In this document: positions 62,195-64,000 of the stretch, piece after piece
Numbering within the stretch: position 1 is the first letter of the stretch
How the letters are laid out: every line of letters starts with the position of its first letter
Source of the DNA: Candidatus Saccharimonadota bacterium
Lineage (GTDB): Bacteria; Patescibacteriota; Saccharimonadia; Saccharimonadales; JACDBH01
DNA length: 64,000 nt
Assembly: GCA_028289135.1 (NCBI GenBank)
Contig: JAQGGW010000001.1
Location: forward strand, 12,018 to 76,017
Reading direction: 5' to 3'
Position numbers and translations under genes: made by a program
Notes under the pieces: model-generated
Database searches by the model: none
The model's input: only the letters and a program-made list of their open reading frames with translations
What the model was told of the DNA's origin: nothing

Positions 62195-63454
62195 CTAAAC
62201 TGCTGAATCCTGCAATAGTTTTTTAAAATCCTCTGTTGTAATTAAATCTGTCTCTGATGCGGTGCGGCCTTTTACCTCTATTTTTCCCTGTTCCAGCGTC
62301 TTGTTGCTGACCACAATCCTGTATGGCATACCAAGCAGGTCGGCATCGGCAAACTTCTCGCCCGGGCGGACATCACGGTCATCATAAAGCACGCTTATGC
62401 CACTTGTCTGTAAGTCTTCGTACAAATCATTAGCGGCCTTAACAACAGCTTCGTCTTGGCCCAAAACAGCTAGATAGACTTTGTACGGCGCGATATTTAC
62501 TGGCCAGACAAGGCCTTTTTCGTCACCCAAAAGTTCGGTAATAACGCCGACCAGACGGGATGGCCCAATGCCGTAGCAACCCATCAAGACATTTTGGTCT
62601 TTGTCGTTTTCGTCTACGAATGTTAAGCCGAGTGGCTTAGAATATTTATCCTTTAGAGTGAAGATGTTCCCCACTTCAGCGGCTTTGACTTCTTCGAGAT
62701 CTTCCCGTTTGATGTTAAGGCTTTTTAATACCTCGTCGTCGAGAACCTCTTCGTTTACGGCAATCTTCTGCTTACGGTCGAGGTAAATTATATCTTCGCC
62801 GGCATCACAAACCGTTTGGAATTCGTGACTGTATTTGCTGAACATACCACCGCTCGCGAAGGTAATGAAAGTTTGATCGCCAATTCCCAGGCGCGTGTAG
62901 ACCTTAAAATAGGCCTGCTTGATCTTTTCGTAAAGCTCTTCGTGCTCGGCTTCGGTTCGGGCAAAACTGTAAAGGTCTTTCATCAAAAACTCACGCCCGC
63001 GCATTACGCCGCTCTTAGCACGGACTTCATTCCTAAACTTAGTCTGGATTTGGTACGCCAGGAATGGCAAATCTTTGTATGAGTTTACATATGGCTTAAC
63101 AGCGCGCACCAAAGGCTCTTCATGGGTTGGAGCCAAGCCAAGTTCGGTGTCATTTTTTAGCTTTGTCTTGAACCAAACATCGACTTTTTCGTCGTCCCAG
63201 CGGTCCGTAGCTTTCCAAATTTCGGCATCCTGAAGCGCTGTGAGTTTCATTTCCTGGCCGCCAATGGCATTCATTTCTTCGCGGATTACCTGGTTAATGT
63301 TCTCAAGTACTTTTAGTCCTAGTGGCAGAAAAGTATAAACACCGGCCATTTCTTTATGTACATAACCCGCTCTAATTAGGAGCTGGGCGTTCTTGCTCAC
63401 TTCGTCGGCTGGGGCTTCTTTCTGGGTTTTGGTAAAAAGTTGTGAAGCTTTCAT
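62195..63454 (-). CDS. proS: proline--tRNA ligase, short form lacking the INS editing domain
   Basis: Bacterial-type N-terminus (MKASQLFTKTQKEAP) and motif 2 FRNEVRAKSGVMRGREF. Only 419 aa. Confidence 0.93.
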   Translation of the reverse strand: MKASQLFTKTQKEAPADEVSKNAQLLIRAGYVHKEMAGVYTFLPLGLKVLENINQVIREEMNAIGGQEMKLTALQDAEIWKATDRWDDEKVDVWFKTKLKNDTELGLAPTHEEPLVRAVKPYVNSYKDLPFLAYQIQTKFRNEVRAKSGVMRGREFLMKDLYSFARTEAEHEELYEKIKQAYFKVYTRLGIGDQTFITFASGGMFSKYSHEFQTVCDAGEDIIYLDRKQKIAVNEEVLDDEVLKSLNIKREDLEEVKAAEVGNIFTLKDKYSKPLGLTFVDENDKDQNVLMGCYGIGPSRLVGVITELLGDEKGLVWPVNIAPYKVYLAVLGQDEAVVKAANDLYEDLQTSGISVLYDDRDVRPGEKFADADLLGMPYRIVVSNKTLEQGKIEVKGRTASETDLITTEDFKKLLQDSAV

Positions 63455-63611
63455 AATTTGTCTCGTTTCTATCTATTAAATCGTATTGTTATGCATAACG
63501 TGAAAAGTGCGTGAAAAGTATAAATTACCGCACGGGCGGCATAGTTTGCACAACAAAACGTATCGTATTCATGCGGCTATTGTACCCTGCTTGGCCTTCT
63601 CTGTAAAACCC

Positions 63612-64000
63612 CTAAAAACGAGTGTGAAACAAAGCCACGAAGGCGACGCCGTTTTTTAGCGCGTGCAGGTAGATCCCGGGCCAGAGGCTGCCGGACTTTT
63701 CGCGCAGCGTACACAGCACGCATGATAGCGTAAAGGTGTCGAGCGCGGCGACCCAGAGCAAAGGCGCCCCACTGCCAAACTGAAGGTGCGCGATGCCAAA
63801 CAAAATACTGGTTAAAATGACAGCGTAGCGGAGGCGGAACTTTTGGCGGAAGGAAGTAAATAAATATCCTCTAAACATTATCTCCTCGGCAATCGGCGGG
63901 AGGATGACAAGAGACGCAAAAACGTAGTAAAGCTGCTTGCCGCTTGCACCGTCGAAGCCAATCTTTTGTGATTGGTCGACGTTGAGCGCCGTAAAATGGC
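63612..64000 (-). CDS. CPBP family intramembrane glutamic endopeptidase (5' end beyond window)
   Basis: My own translation upstream of the track ORF stays open to the window edge. It gives PPIAEEIMFRGYLF (EExxxR motif 1) and FGIAHL (motif 2). Confidence 0.75.
   Translation of the reverse strand, partial: HFTALNVDQSQKIGFDGASGKQLYYVFASLVILPPIAEEIMFRGYLFTSFRQKFRLRYAVILTSILFGIAHLQFGSGAPLLWVAALDTFTLSCVLCTLREKSGSLWPGIYLHALKNGVAFVALFHTRF

Noticed and set aside
63455-63611. T-box leaders upstream of proS, and likewise upstream of glyQS, serS and lysS.
   Set aside because: The leaders are only about 40-160 nt. None contains the T-box sequence (GGGUGGUACCGCG-like) or a specifier-loop architecture. 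Only a tandem GTGAAAAGT repeat was seen upstream of proS.
1-64000. CRISPR arrays, rRNA or tRNA genes, and IS or integrase genes.
   Set aside because: I found no regularly spaced short direct repeats, no tRNA-like cloverleaf candidates in the intergenic gaps, and no transposase or integrase motifs in any listed ORF.

Overview
This is a gene-dense bacterial chromosome segment with most genes on the minus strand. The housekeeping backbone is glyQS, recO, xseAB, rpmA, pyrG, an S41 protease, a PcsB-like CHAP hydrolase, ftsEX, prfB, an M16 peptidase, secA, hpf, serS, rsmE, msrA, ABC transporters, an ABC-F ATPase, lysS, greA and proS. Several traits suggest a reduced-genome Patescibacteria/CPR organism, possibly Saccharibacteria-like, but this is inference only. 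Those traits are tiny intergenic gaps, many 4-nt gene overlaps, a ProRS without the INS domain, a SipW/TasA pair and many orphan ORFs. RF2 is present and TGA is used as a stop, so the code is standard. I recognised no rRNA, tRNA, CRISPR array, transposase or integrase. Accessory, visibly AT-richer patches carry a Pif1 helicase + HipA-like kinase + small-protein unit, an NYN protein, two degenerate PRTase-like paralogs, Doc/AbrB toxin-antitoxin genes, and a three-gene orphan island at 28.8-32.6 kb. The most unusual content is non-coding. (1) A ~245-nt rod-shaped structured element occurs twice in opposite orientation (22571-22815 and 40244-40490). Its apical core is perfectly conserved, and by hand alignment I count about eight compensatory base-pair changes in the stems. 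I could not match it to RNase P, tmRNA, SRP or any riboswitch hallmark. (2) A second long-hairpin element with a conserved loop occurs twice (309-447 and 22394-22535). (3) A 150-nt near-perfect palindrome lies at 40519-40669. (4) A ~135-nt hairpin is inserted between ftsE and ftsX. A cluster of DnaA-box-like 9-mers sits at the left edge (95-266). All structure and alignment statements were made by eye and need computational confirmation.
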